From Octopus sinensis (taxonomy: Eukaryota): a stretch of 64,000 nt of DNA. The notes below the pieces were generated by a model that saw only the letters and a program-made list of their open reading frames with translations, had not been told where the DNA came from and did no database searches. The position numbers and the translations under genes were made by a program. The DNA lies in contig NC_043003.1 of assembly GCF_006345805.1 (NCBI RefSeq), positions 30,318,001 to 30,382,000 of the forward strand, given 5' to 3'. Numbering within the stretch: the stretch's first letter is position 1; the number at the start of each line of letters is the position of its first letter. This document shows positions 52,683-64,000 of this stretch, piece after piece.

Positions 52683-53690
52683 AGAGTGGGGCACAATGAG
52701 TAAGATTTATTGCATTTTTTACTTAAATAAAAAAAATTTTTTTACCTATGTTTGCTACCTCACAGTAGCTATATCAGCTAAGCAAATGACTTCTAAATGC
52801 ATTAAAAACACTATATAAGGAGGTGTCAGGGTGCTGAAAAGTTCCTGGCTTTAAAGGTATTGCGAAAACCCTGGTGTGAATCTGAGAGAGGAATATGTTG
52901 AATAAAATCATAATTAACTGATCCTCCCTTATTTTCTTTTACCCAAAGCCAAGAAGCTTTCAGTACCCATTCTTAACATAATCTGAACACTATTTCAGAA
53001 AATTATCTCAGTTCTTGTAAACATATGAAAGACAAATTTAGCCGGGGCAAAATGAGCAATGTCTCTTCACTTCTCCAGAATTACATTTAAGAAAAGGCTC
53101 AGACACATCAACATCCATCCTTAGACATCAAACAGACGAGAAATGCAACAAAACTCTATTAATATCTGGGTCAAATTGACAGAGGATCATGGGAAAATGG
53201 CATGATATGAAATTAACAAAACTCAACTAAATCTAAAATCTCAACATATATATCTTCTATAGCTTTTTCATGATCTGTTGGAGTGACTCTCTTCTTGATG
53301 TAGTTATGCACCATGCAGTAAAAGTGAAGAAGAAACTGAAATTAATCATGACTCATTTTGCACCATTTTAGACACCATGTTTTGAAAATGATCAAATTTG
53401 ATATTAGGGTGGGAAAAATTGACTTGGAATCCAACAGAGAAAATAATATTGATTGTTATAGATATCTTATTAGCAACCTCAACCTCAATTACCATCAGGT
53501 CGAAGTTGAGGAAAAATATCTTGAAAGGTAGTCCCTGCCACCTGACTATATTTTAAACTCTTTCAACTTCAACAACATCTATAACAATATTTTTTTATTT
53601 CCAAAAATGCTGCTATACTTACAAATAAGTTTCAAAGTGGGAGGGAGGAAATAATATAAAATCAAAAATAACTCATTTTGCCCCCGCCTA
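52683..53690. mobile_element. Non-autonomous pogo-like element (same termini as 36927-38133), with a nested mariner-type MITE at ~52828-52968
   Basis: Ends gtggggcacaatgagtaa / aactcattttgccccc; nested inverted ends ggtgctgaaaagttcctggcttt / aaagccaagaagctttcagtacc. Confidence 0.5.
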
Positions 53691-53719
53691 TATTTAGGTA
53701 TGTATGCATGCAGTATAGT

Positions 53720-53922
53720 CCCCTTGCTTTGATTTCATGTGATAGTTGTAAATGAACGTTGCCGTCATGCAAGCGGCATCTTTTGTTTCCAAATCTTCTA
53801 GCTCTGATCATCAGGAAAAATTACCTTACTTGGAAACTACTAAGTGTTATCTACTTCCGCAAATCCCGTCTGGCCCATGCATGAATGCAAAAGTGAACAT
53901 TAAGCATTGATGATGATGATGA
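53720..53922 (+). mobile_element. SINE with an RTE-like (GAT)n tail
   Basis: Ends cccatgcatgaatgcaaaagtgaacattaagcattgatgatgatgatgat, similar to the RTE 3' end. Confidence 0.55.
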
Positions 53923-55039
53923 TAGATAATTATACGTATACGTTTACACAACGCATACTTGTATGAGTACTGCCGACTTTGAAACGATGGAAGTACGCGG
54001 TTTGTGCGATACTATATACTTAGATAAAGGTATTGTACCAGATATGATTCGCGTTGAACTGTACGAACACAAGTGATATTGTGTTCAGCAAGTGTGAACA
54101 GACATTCTGAGTTGTGCGAATGTTTTTTTTTTTATTTTATTTTAGTCTCTTATTTCTGTTGTAAGTTCATATTTTTTTTATTTCGCATTTGATTTTACTT
54201 ATACTTTTTCAGCACACCAAAATAATTTTGGTGTCGAAGAGAGATGAAATAAGTATTAATTGTAGTGAATAAATTAATATCGCAGCGGAATAATTTATGT
54301 CACCGAAACGTGTTTTTGTTAAAGTTGACAATATAATTACTTCCCCTGACTGTTTCCCTATTTCCCTTCACTTCCTGCTATTGTTTGACGCATATCTGTT
54401 ATTTTGACAGGCTCATATAACAGCTGCCATTTAAGCGATATAATAAGATATAGCAGGTTCATAACGAACTGTATATGAAATAGATACGGCATATTTTAAA
54501 AAATTTTGTACACCTAGAAATGGATATTAATATTTGCTTTTGAAGCTATCATTGTCCCTCATAGGTTCTCGCCACTTCTGTATATATTACATGTTCTTCA
54601 TTGGATCTATAATGCGTAAGTATTATTTGTATAATATTGAAAACATTTCCTTCTAATACATATGTTTGTTATATATTCTATAGTAAGATAAAAGAAAGTG
54701 AAGAAAATGTGTCAATTACGAAAGTAAAATGTTTTGTTTAAAGTAAAGATGATTTTGTTTCATTTTTCGCCATTCTTCCTAATTTTAATTCCAAGCTCAT
54801 GCCGTAATTCCCACATTATCACTTGACCTGCTAGAAATAATAACATCCTCATTAGAAAAGGTAAAACGCATTTTATCAATTAGTCTTAGTTGGATACAGT
54901 ATACCTGAAAAAAGACGAACGAAATGAATTTTATTCCTTTGATGCTAAGGCTGTCAGGGTAGAAGTGACCAAGTGCTAAACAAAAGAAAACTTTGGACAA
55001 AATAGTTTTCATGCGATTATTGAAAGCATATCACTTTCA

Positions 55040-55155
55040 GACTGAAAGTGTCGCGTCCCGGAGATAATGATCCAAAGCAATCGTTGAATTGATTGAAGGA
55101 TAGGCGCGCCATTTCATATACCCACCCGTATCGCTTCCTTTGCGGGAAGTAAATA
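55040..55155. promoter_or_regulatory. Candidate promoter
   Basis: Local CpG enrichment, YY1-like CGCCATTT (55107-55114) and ETS-like GGGAAGT (55144-55150). A minus-strand acceptor-like ttttttcag lies at ~54906. Confidence 0.25.
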
Positions 55156-56034
55156 TATATTCTGTTTTAAATCACAATAATGTCACATCCACTGACACAT
55201 ATATTAATGTTTACAACAAATATATATATTTTGATAAAACAATATTATAACCTCGTAATAGCGAAATTACATATGTGTGTGTGTGTGTGTGTATATAACT
55301 AACTATATTCCTTTTAACCATCCCTGATAATTGTTGGGGTTGGTTCTTAACATCTGGTGCGAAACCAGTTGATATTTCGATTATATGTTAATAATATTGT
55401 ATTTTATCAATAATATACGTTTTTTCTTCTTCTGACTAATAGGGTTTCAGACAACTTCCAGGTTCCCCACTTGATGTATCGCATATGGCCATAGGAATCT
55501 TCTGATGCGTGCTCAAAAGCTACTGACCTCTTAGTCTTTAAAGACATGGTATTGAAAAATGCATGTTTTTACCACTCTAATTGTATATCCTCAGATATTT
55601 CGGAAAGAATATCCCAAGGTCATACTATTCCTTTCAATCATTTATGATGATTGCCGGGGTTGGTTCTCAACTCCTGGTATGCCAACAATAGCCAATTTGG
55701 GTATTAAGAGGCCATATTACTGTTATTATTATTATTATTTCATCCTTTTGCGGTCGATAAATTAAGTACCAGTTAAACACTGGGGTCGATGTAATCGACT
55801 AGTCCCCTCCCACAAAATTTCTGGCCTTGTACCTGTAGTAGAAAAGGTTGTTATTAATAATGATAACTGTAAACCCTTTGTGGCAAATAAAGAAATCATT
55901 ATTACTATTATCGTTAGCGGTGTTTCGCCCGTCGCTACGTTTTGAGTTGAAATTCCGCCGAGGTCAACTTTATCTTTCATCTTTTCGGGGTCGATAAATT
56001 AAGTACCAGTAAAACTGGAGTTGATAGAATCTAC

Positions 56035-56698
56035 GACATAACTGCAGATTCTTGCCCCCCCCCCACCTACCGACTTTGGATGATAATAACCATTTTGGGC
56101 GTTTGTACATCCGTAGATTTCTACCGAAGCAGCAGGCAGTGAGGCTGTCACCAGAAAACTCGTTATGCTAAAAAAACCAGCTAAAGGTCTAAACGTTTCT
56201 AACAGAAAGACATTGAATAGAATAATTCCTCGTTTGAACTTTTTTTAATTATACACACACGTGTGTGTATGAAAGAGAGAGAGGACTAGAAATCTACGGA
56301 TGCATAAACACACAAAACGGAGAAAATGAAACAAATATGAACGACTTGTTCCGAAACACCCCCGAGTGGAGAACGGTCCTCAAAAGTAATCGCCAATTGT
56401 TTTCCCCCCAAATTCCTATGTTCTCGGAATCTACATAGTCCAAGGTATATTTGTGGAAAATTTCATTAAAAATATCTATTTTCTTGTAAGTTATGACGAA
56501 TTAAAGTGGACGCCGGTGAATTTTCCGAAATTCCCCACCTCATTTCCTCCTAAAGCACTTTCCCCCAAAAGTTTTGTATATTCGGAATTTACAAGATATG
56601 ACACATATTCGTAAAAAATTGCATTAAAAAAGATCCATTTTTCTGAAAGTTATGATCATCCAAAGTTGTGGGGGTGGGCAGGAATCTGTAGTTATGCC
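56035..56698. mobile_element. 664-bp MITE with an 8-bp target site duplication (Merlin-like by termini; hAT not excluded)
   Basis: TSD gaatctac at 56027-56034 and 56699-56706; TIRs gacataactgcagattcttgcccc / gggcaggaatctgtagttatgcc. Confidence 0.75.
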
Positions 56699-56853
56699 GA
56701 ATCTACTACCCCCCCTCCAACAATTTCGGACCTTGTATCGATAGTAAAAGGGATCATTATCGTTAGGCGGCAAGGTGGACTAAGTGCTTAGCGGTATTTC
56801 GCCCATCGCTACGTTCTGAGTTCAAATTCCGCCGAGATCGACTTTGCCTTTCA

Positions 56854-57169
56854 GACTTAGTTTTGTACTTCACCATAAAATTTTTTTTTTTTTAATATTA
56901 GACATAGTGGAAAATTGATTTCCTACCATGTTTTATAATAATGAGAAAGTCATAAAAATTAAGAAATTCTATTACAAAACCTTCATTTCTGTATTATGTA
57001 TATTCCTGTCCCACTTTGCCTAACGTCAAAGCCTAAATTGCCTAACTCTATGAAATTTGCCTAACCTTGAGACATGAATATACATAATACAGAAATTTTT
57101 TTTACATTTTTCCACCATGTCTAATATTTAAAAAAAAAATTTATGGGCGGGTTCAAAAGGAAGTGTTTC
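56854..57169. mobile_element. MITE with long TIRs and a 9-bp TSD (Mutator-like)
   Basis: TSD tgcctttca (56845-56853) / tgccttcca (57170-57178); inverted arms ccataaaattt..aatattagacatagtggaaaa and atttctgtattatgtatattc. Confidence 0.65.
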
Positions 57170-57404
57170 TGCCTTCCATCAGGGTTGATAAAATAGGTTC
57201 TAGTTGAACACTAGGGTCAATGTAATTGACTCATCCCTACCTCCCCCAAACTGCCCTTGTAGCAAAAATTTGAAATAATTATTATTATTATCATTAAGAC
57301 AGCAAGCTTGCAAAATCATCAGCCTGCCAAGCTAAATGCTGAGTGGTATTTCATCCGTCTTTACGTTCACAGTTCAAATTCTGCCAAAGTCAATTTATAT
57401 TATC

Positions 57405-58310
57405 AGACATCTGCACCAGCTCAATACTTTCCAAAATCCAAGAATGAGGAACCATATCATACGCTTTCTTATAATTGGTCCATGACATGCCCAGATTAGT
57501 AAGTCTTTTCTTGCAGTCATTCTGTATCATTCTGTCTATCAGAAGTTGGTCTTCTATCCCTTGGCTTTTCCTTCTGCACCCTTTCTGTTCCACTGACAGT
57601 TTGTCATTCATTTCTTAGAACTTATACACATAATTAGATATTCTTGTCATCAGCTTCCACATCAGAGGCAGACAGGTGATAGGCTGGTAATTATCTACTG
57701 CATTGCCTTTGCTGGGATCCTTTTGGCAAAGAATTTTTTTACCTATGGTCAACCACTTTGGGATTTGTACACCATTGTTGATCAATTTATCCATTTGTGT
57801 GGTTATTCTTCTGTGTAGTGCTGGGAAATTTTTCAGCCAATATCCTTGTACCCCATTCAGTCTTGGACATTTCCAGTTTGGGATCTTTATTGTCTGTTTG
57901 GTTACCATTTCAGTTATTCTAATATTACTGTGTTTCACTTCATATTTTTGCAACCTTAATTCTTTCTACCATTTAGCATCTTTGTTTTGCTTTCCATTAT
58001 CCCAGATGTTACTCCAAAACTTTTTACTTCCTTCAGTGTGTGGTCTCTCACTGCTGTTAAGCTTTCCACTCAGCTGTAGATAAACCCTTTTCTGGTCTTG
58101 GAACAATCTGTTGATTTTTTATTGTTCAATTCTTTGGTCATATCTGTTGATCTTTGTCACTTTAGCCTGTAATCTTCGTTTCAGCTCTTCAAGAACTACA
58201 TTTAGCCTTTTTCTCTTTATCTTGTATCTATGTTCTAGTTCCTGATATTTCTCCTCCCTCTTGATTTCACTTTTTTTCTTTCTTTCCAAGGTTTTGAAAT
58301 GTTTTCATAT
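57405..58310 (-). mobile_element. R4/Dong-like (restriction-like endonuclease group) non-LTR RT fragment
   Basis: Peptides: NWKCPRLNGVQGYWLK, NYQPITCLPLMWKL, EQKGCRR..EDQLLID and [17 protein letters not shown]. Confidence 0.75.
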
Positions 58311-58814
58311 TTCATTGATTGATTGTTTTTTTATTCTTTTCCACCAAGGTTCTTTTTCTTCATTCCCACATTTACAGTTTGATTCAAGGCTTACTTTATT
58401 TCCTAGTATTATTATTATTCACAAAAATAAAATATAAAGAGACTCATATAGACCAGAAGTTAACTGACTCTTTAGTTTCTTATAGGCAGAGTGGAATATG
58501 TTATGAAGAAATGTGTATATTGAAGATATTAACAACAATGACTTCAACATATCTCATGTCTCTGTTCATGAGGTTGAATATTAAAAACATACCATCATAT
58601 GACATGTAAAAAAGAAAGGAAGCCTTTTTTACATTCCAAATATGAAAAAAAATAGCCTTCCTCTTTTTTTCTTAAAATCTTTAATGAAACTATGTAGAGT
58701 GACCAACATAATTCACTTACTGATGATATATATGCCTATGCTATGTATCTTTTCTGCATAGGTATTTTCTTTCTCTTCCTTGTTCTATCTTTCAATATTT
58801 CTGGTTAAATATAA

Positions 58815-59010
58815 GGCAGTAAGCTGACAGAACTGTTAACAGCATTTTATCTGCCTTTTTCTTCCGAGCTCCAATTCTGTTGAGGTCAGTTTTGTCTTTC
58901 GTCATTTTGGGGTCAATAAAATAAGTACCAGTTGAACACTGGGGTTGATGTAATCAATGTAACCCCTCCCCTGAAATTGCTGGCCTTGGGCCAACATTTG
59001 AAACCATTAT
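58815..59010 (+). mobile_element. tRNA-SINE (same family as 55735-57400)
   Basis: aggcagtaagctgacagaactgttaac..gagctccaattctgttgaggtc..ggggtcaataaaataagtaccagttgaacactgggg. Confidence 0.75.
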
Positions 59011-59059
59011 TTCTGGTTAAATATCTTCTCTCTACCATCTTTTTTGTTGACATTTAATT

Positions 59060-59190
59060 GTCTCTTATGTATGATACCATCTCTGTATTTCAGGTTATCT
59101 GATAATACTGATATCTGACACAAGACACATCAACTGACTAATGAAGAATATGAAAGACTGAAGAATGACTTCATGAAGTTAACATGAGAC
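59060..59190 (+). promoter_or_regulatory. 3' splice acceptor and leader exon of ZNF-C
   Basis: cttatgt..ctctgtatttcag|gttatctgataatactgatatc (AG at 59092-59093); aagactgaagaatgacttcatgaagttaa resembles the ZNF-A leader. Confidence 0.55.
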
Positions 59191-59626
59191 AGAGGTTATC
59201 TTACTTCTCTGAAATTTTAAAAAGTTGATTGGAAATATGTCTTGTCTTGATTTTTTTTTGTGGTTGAACTCAAGAAATTTAATAGAAAACATTACCAACC
59301 TTATATTTAATGCATAAGATATCTGGATATATTTTGAAAATTGGATTGATTGAATACAATCATGTTTGACAGGATAACATTTAATTCAAAAATTAAAATC
59401 AACAAGTATGGTATTTATCTGAAAAGAGTATGAAAAATGTTTATATGTAAGAGACATAGCTAAAAAGAAACAATTTCAAATGACAATGTATATTATCACA
59501 AAAAATAATCTGTGTCATAATAACATCTTAATCACAGTCTCACATTACCTTATAAAACTATGAATTAAAGAAAAACATATATAAAGAAGAAATTAAATTT
59601 GCATTTTGTGAGGAACATATGACATT

Positions 59627-61540
59627 ATGGAGGAGAGTCTGTGTAAGAATCAGGTCTATGAGAATAAGGATTTCCCTCACCCAAATGAGAAAGATGTACA
59701 GATGAAATCATATGACTGTGACATCAAAACAAACACATCCACGGAAACCAGTGAACACAATTCACTTAATACAAATTCAAATGTTTACCATTGTAAAGAT
59801 TGTGATGAAAATTTCACATATGATTCTTTGCTTTCACACAAATGTACTCACACAGATGAGAAACTATGCCAATGTGATATCTGCGGTAAAATTTTCTCTT
59901 GCGATGGCGACTTGACTGCTCACATATGTACACAGACAAGTAAGAAAACATTTAACTGTGATGTCTGTGGAAAAACATTTTACAAGAATTCTGATTTAAC
60001 TCGTCACATACGCATTCACACAGGTGAAAAACCATTTCACTGTGGTGTCTGTGGTAAATCATTTTCTCGGAATTATGAATTGACTGGTCACAAATATACT
60101 CACACAGGTGAGAAACCATACTGCTGTGATATATGTGGTAAAACATTTTCTCAGAAGTTTCAATTGAAACTTCACATACGTACACACACAGGTGAGAAAC
60201 CATATCACTGTGATGTGTGTGGTAAAACATTTACTACGAATTCTGATTTGACTCGTCACATACGCACTCACACAGGTGAGAAACCATACCACTGTAACAA
60301 TTGTGGAAAATCATTTTCTCGGAATTATGAACTGACTGCTCACAAATGTTTTCACACAGGTGAGAGACCACATCACTGTGCTGTCTGTGGTAAAACATTT
60401 TCAAAGAATTCTGACTTAACTCGACACATACGTATTCACACAGGTGAAAAACCTTTTCGCTGTGACATTTGTGGTAAATCATTTTCTCGAAATTATGGAT
60501 TGACTGGTCACAAATGTTTTCACACAGGTGACAAATCATATCACTGTAATGTCTGTGATAAAACATTTTCAAAGAAATCTGACTTAATTCGTCACTTATG
60601 TATTCACACAGGGGAAAAACCATTTCACTGCGATGTTTGTGGTAAAACATTTTCAAAAAATTCTGACTTAACTCGTCACATACGTATTCACACTGGGGAG
60701 AAACCATTCCACTGTGATATCTGTGGTAAATTATATTCTCGGAATTACGAATTGACTGTTCATAAATATTCTCATACAAATATGAAGCCATATCACTGTG
60801 ATATATGTGGTAAAACATTTTCTCAGAAGTTTCAGTTGAAACTTCACATACGTACACACACAGGTGAGAAACCATATCACTGTGATGTCTGTGGAAAAAC
60901 ATTTACTACGAATTCTGATTTAACTCGTCACATACGCACTCATACGGGTGAGAAACCATTCCACTGTGACATCTGTGACAAATCGTTTTCTCAGAATTAT
61001 GAGTTGACTGTTCACAAATGTTTTCACACAGGTGAGAAACCATATCACTGTGATATATGTGGTAAAACATTTTCAAAGAATTCTGACTTAACTCGTCACA
61101 TACGCATTCACACAGGTGAAAAACCATTTCACTGTGGTGTCTGTGGTAAATCTTTTTCTCGGAATTATGAATTGACTGGTCACAAATATATTCACACAGG
61201 TGAGAAACCATACTGCTGTGATATATGTGGTAAAACATTTTCTCAAAAGTATCAACTAAATCTTCACATACGTACTCACACAGGTGAAAAAGAATATCAA
61301 TGTGATATTTGTGGTAAAACGTTTAGTAGAAATGGGGACTTGACTGTTCACAAATATACTCATACAGGTGAGAAACCATACCACTGTGATATCTGTGGTA
61401 AAACATTCTCACGGAATTCTCACTTAACTCGTCATATACCTACACACAGAGGTGAGAAACAATACCACTGTGATATCTGCGATGAATCATTTTCTCGGAA
61501 AAATGCATTGACTGTTCACAAAGCTACTCACTCAAGTTAG
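59627..61540 (+). CDS. Tandem C2H2 zinc-finger protein (ZNF-C), 637 aa, ~21 fingers with internal block duplications
   Basis: Uninterrupted C2H2 array; recognition helices xNSDLTR, RNYELTx and QKFQLKL recur. Confidence 0.95.
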   Translation: MEESLCKNQVYENKDFPHPNEKDVQMKSYDCDIKTNTSTETSEHNSLNTNSNVYHCKDCDENFTYDSLLSHKCTHTDEKLCQCDICGKIFSCDGDLTAHICTQTSKKTFNCDVCGKTFYKNSDLTRHIRIHTGEKPFHCGVCGKSFSRNYELTGHKYTHTGEKPYCCDICGKTFSQKFQLKLHIRTHTGEKPYHCDVCGKTFTTNSDLTRHIRTHTGEKPYHCNNCGKSFSRNYELTAHKCFHTGERPHHCAVCGKTFSKNSDLTRHIRIHTGEKPFRCDICGKSFSRNYGLTGHKCFHTGDKSYHCNVCDKTFSKKSDLIRHLCIHTGEKPFHCDVCGKTFSKNSDLTRHIRIHTGEKPFHCDICGKLYSRNYELTVHKYSHTNMKPYHCDICGKTFSQKFQLKLHIRTHTGEKPYHCDVCGKTFTTNSDLTRHIRTHTGEKPFHCDICDKSFSQNYELTVHKCFHTGEKPYHCDICGKTFSKNSDLTRHIRIHTGEKPFHCGVCGKSFSRNYELTGHKYIHTGEKPYCCDICGKTFSQKYQLNLHIRTHTGEKEYQCDICGKTFSRNGDLTVHKYTHTGEKPYHCDICGKTFSRNSHLTRHIPTHRGEKQYHCDICDESFSRKNALTVHKATHSS

Positions 61541-62075
61541 AAACCTTACCACTGTGACGTTTGTGGCAAAGCATTTTCACAAAGTTCTCACTTGTCACAT
61601 ACATATATAGGTGACAAACCATAGCATTATGGAACCTGTGGTAAATCTTTCTTTTGTAATGGTGAGTTGTCTACTCACAAGTTTGCTCACAGTTGAGAAA
61701 CAATACTGTGTTATCTGTAGTAATGCATTTACCAAAAAATTTCACTTAACTTGTTACGTATATACACTGGTGAAAAACCATAGCATTGTGATATTGTAAT
61801 AAAACATTTTCCACAATTCATCAATTGACTTTTTACAAATGTTCTTACATGAGTCTGAATATTTACTACAGTGGTATCTATGGTTAAAAATTTTATCAAA
61901 ATACAACTTCACTATTCACAAGCATACTCAGGTGGTTGAGAGCACACTGCTGATATCTATTGTAAAAGATTTTAAGTAAATTCACATTTAGTTCATCACA
62001 TACATACTAACACAGGTGAGAAACCATACCACTGTGATATCTGTGGTAAAATATTTTCAGGAATTTCTTAACTTT
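61541..62075 (+). pseudogene. Decayed zinc-finger repeats downstream of the ZNF-C stop
   Basis: In-frame KPYHCDVCGKAFSQSSHL directly after the TAG. Further broken fingers extend to acaggtgagaaaccataccactgtgatatctgtggt at ~62012-62047. Confidence 0.8.
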
Positions 62076-62768
62076 TTAGAAGCCATACTACTGATCATTA
62101 TCATTTTTTGCTGCAGACTAACTGGAATGTTAGAGTCCAAGTCAGTTCTTATTCAATGTGGCTGATTGAAGATTACATTTCATCCTTACTTAATATTTTG
62201 ACAAGGCTTCTACATCAGGATTCCCTTCCTAAATGTAAACCACTTGATAGAGTGTAATGGTTGCATTTTATGTTGACACAAGCACTAAGAGGACAGAGTG
62301 GTAATGGTAATGGATGGGTTGGTTTTGTGGACCCAGTGGTAGAATGCATCAGTCTACTTGCCATGCCTATAGGGGTTGGTTGGTTAATTAGAGTACACGA
62401 CAAATTTTATTAGAGATCTTGAATTAGTTTTTTGCCTTTTACAATCTTCTTTTAAAAATAAACTGCTGTAACACCCATATGCACACATACATATTCTTGT
62501 ATATGTGTAAAGAAAATATACATCAAAGGACACAGGAAGAACAAAGTTTGGCAAACATGGTATTAGCTTAATGATTTAATGGAAAGTGTTATATTCCTAT
62601 CAGTTTGGATCTTATTTCTACATCACTAGAAAAGAAAGAAATAGAGATGTAGAGGGGAGTGAGAAAGAGAAATATTCTGTGAAGAAAAATAAGGTGAAGA
62701 GTTAATAACCAGGTGTGAATGCTCTTCTGTTGGGAGTAGAGAGTTAAGAAGAATAGAGTGGGTGTATG

Positions 62769-63035
62769 TCATCATCATCATTTAACATCCACTTTCCATG
62801 TTGGCATGGGTTGGACTGTTTCACTGAGGACTGGCAAGCCAGGAGGCTGCACCAGACCCCAATCTGATCTGGCAAGGTTTCTACAGCTGATGCTCTTCCT
62901 AATGCCAATAACTCCGAGAGTGTAGTGGGTGCTTTTACATGCCACCAGTCAGGCAGCACTGGCATCAATCACACTCAAATGGTGTTTTATGTGCCACTGG
63001 CACAGGAGCCAGTCCAGCGGGACTGGCATTGGCCA
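62769..63035 (-). mobile_element. RTE LINE 3' UTR fragment
   Basis: The reverse complement has the ggtggcatgtaaaagcacc / ggaagagcatcagctgtagaaac blocks and a gttaaatgatgatgatg tail. Confidence 0.8.
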
Positions 63036-64000
63036 TGACTGATTTTACTTGACTCAGTAGGTCAGATCCAAATATCAATGGCTATCTGTGTCTATGAGGA
63101 GTTATGTGTATGTATGTTAATGTAGTGTAGGTATGGCATTGATTAATAGGAGCTGGGTGTTTGTCATTGATGAAGCATAAGGGAAGGCAAGAACAAGATG
63201 GATGGTGTGAATGCAAATGTATAATAAAAGTATGAAACGTCTTAACAAAGAAGGTTTAAGCATAAGTACAAAATTAGAGCAGTATACTTGGATTCTGTAA
63301 TGAAAAGAAAAGTAAAAGAATTTGGTAAATGGGTTGAGTCCAGAAGATGGTAAGATGTGCCCAAGAAACCGCTATGTTTTATACAAACCAGTTACAGGAA
63401 TAAGCAGTTGCAGATTTTTTTTTCTTTTTTGCATAATTTCTAATGACATATACATACACACAAAAAGTAATTTTACAATTCTTGGTTCATAGTTAATTTT
63501 GTAAAACAGACAGTTTTGAGACAAGGGAGACCTTATGTTTTTGGTATGCTGTGGTTACTGTAGTTGGTGTTATTAACAATATGTGAATAGATTTAACAAA
63601 CCAAAAGTTTCAGTTCAAGTTTTCAAAATTTACTTTTGTATTGACAGCAAATATATATCTTTTGCAAAACCTTCAGTCTTCTTAAGGGATACAGTAATTG
63701 GTTACATGTACAATTTCCCAGAGAGAGTAAGATGGAATTTATGCTCTCCAATAAGTAGGGATTTGTTGAAAATATTCTAGATATTTTCTGGGCAGATAAT
63801 TTCTTTGGTTTTAATGCCTTGAAATAAAATGGGATATTTAGGTGAAGTTTTCCCTAATGCTGAAGTATATTTGTAAATGACAATTCCCTTGCAGTACATG
63901 GCATTGATTCTTGTGTAGTTTCTCAGGTGAGGTTTCCCAATGAGAAAACAGAAAACATGATTTAATGGACACATTACAAACCTTACTTTTTCATAAATGA

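Larger units (their letters stand above)
55735..57400 (+). mobile_element. Head-to-tail cluster of a second tRNA-SINE family, interrupted by two MITEs
   Basis: Recurring ttagcgg..ctacgttctgagttcaaattccgccgag.tcgactttgcctttcatcc..ggggtcgataaattaagtaccagt blocks with (ATT)n tails. Confidence 0.8.

Noticed and set aside
53770-53820. Minus-strand CUGAUGA...GAAAC
   Set aside because: Stem II is out of register with the core and no NUH or stem I is present; it lies antisense in a SINE.
54265-54315. Hairpin followed by CGAAACGUG
   Set aside because: No upstream CUGANGA, so not a hammerhead.
59952-61238. Antisense and alternate-frame ORFs over the zinc-finger genes (also 1546-2442 and 47032-47959)
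   Set aside because: Shadow ORFs produced by the 84-bp finger periodicity and codon bias.

Overview
AT-rich, repeat-dense animal genomic DNA, most likely an octopus (inferred from KRAB-less tandem C2H2 zinc-finger genes, the SINE/RTE/CR1 families and huge (TA)n/(TACA)n tracts). Three intact C2H2 zinc-finger genes (1448-2611 minus; 46849-48153 plus; 59627-61540 plus) and one 2-finger fragment lie among transposable elements. These include four CR1/L2-type LINE pieces embedded in TA microsatellite (7.2-20.4 kb, in a low-accuracy part of the assembly), RTE LINE pieces, Penelope-like elements (PLEs), an R4/Dong-like RT fragment, mariner/Tc1/pogo remnants, MITEs and tRNA-derived SINEs. The strongest non-obvious signals are structured RNAs. 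There are three minimal type-I hammerhead ribozymes in PLE 3' regions with covarying stem II, and a decayed type-III hammerhead at the 5' end of an RTE LINE. There is also a repeated H-type pseudoknot candidate in RTE 3' UTRs, a covarying 3' stem-loop shared by CR1 LINEs and SINEs, and two long fold-back palindromes that turn at the same point. All structures were folded by eye and need computational and biochemical confirmation.
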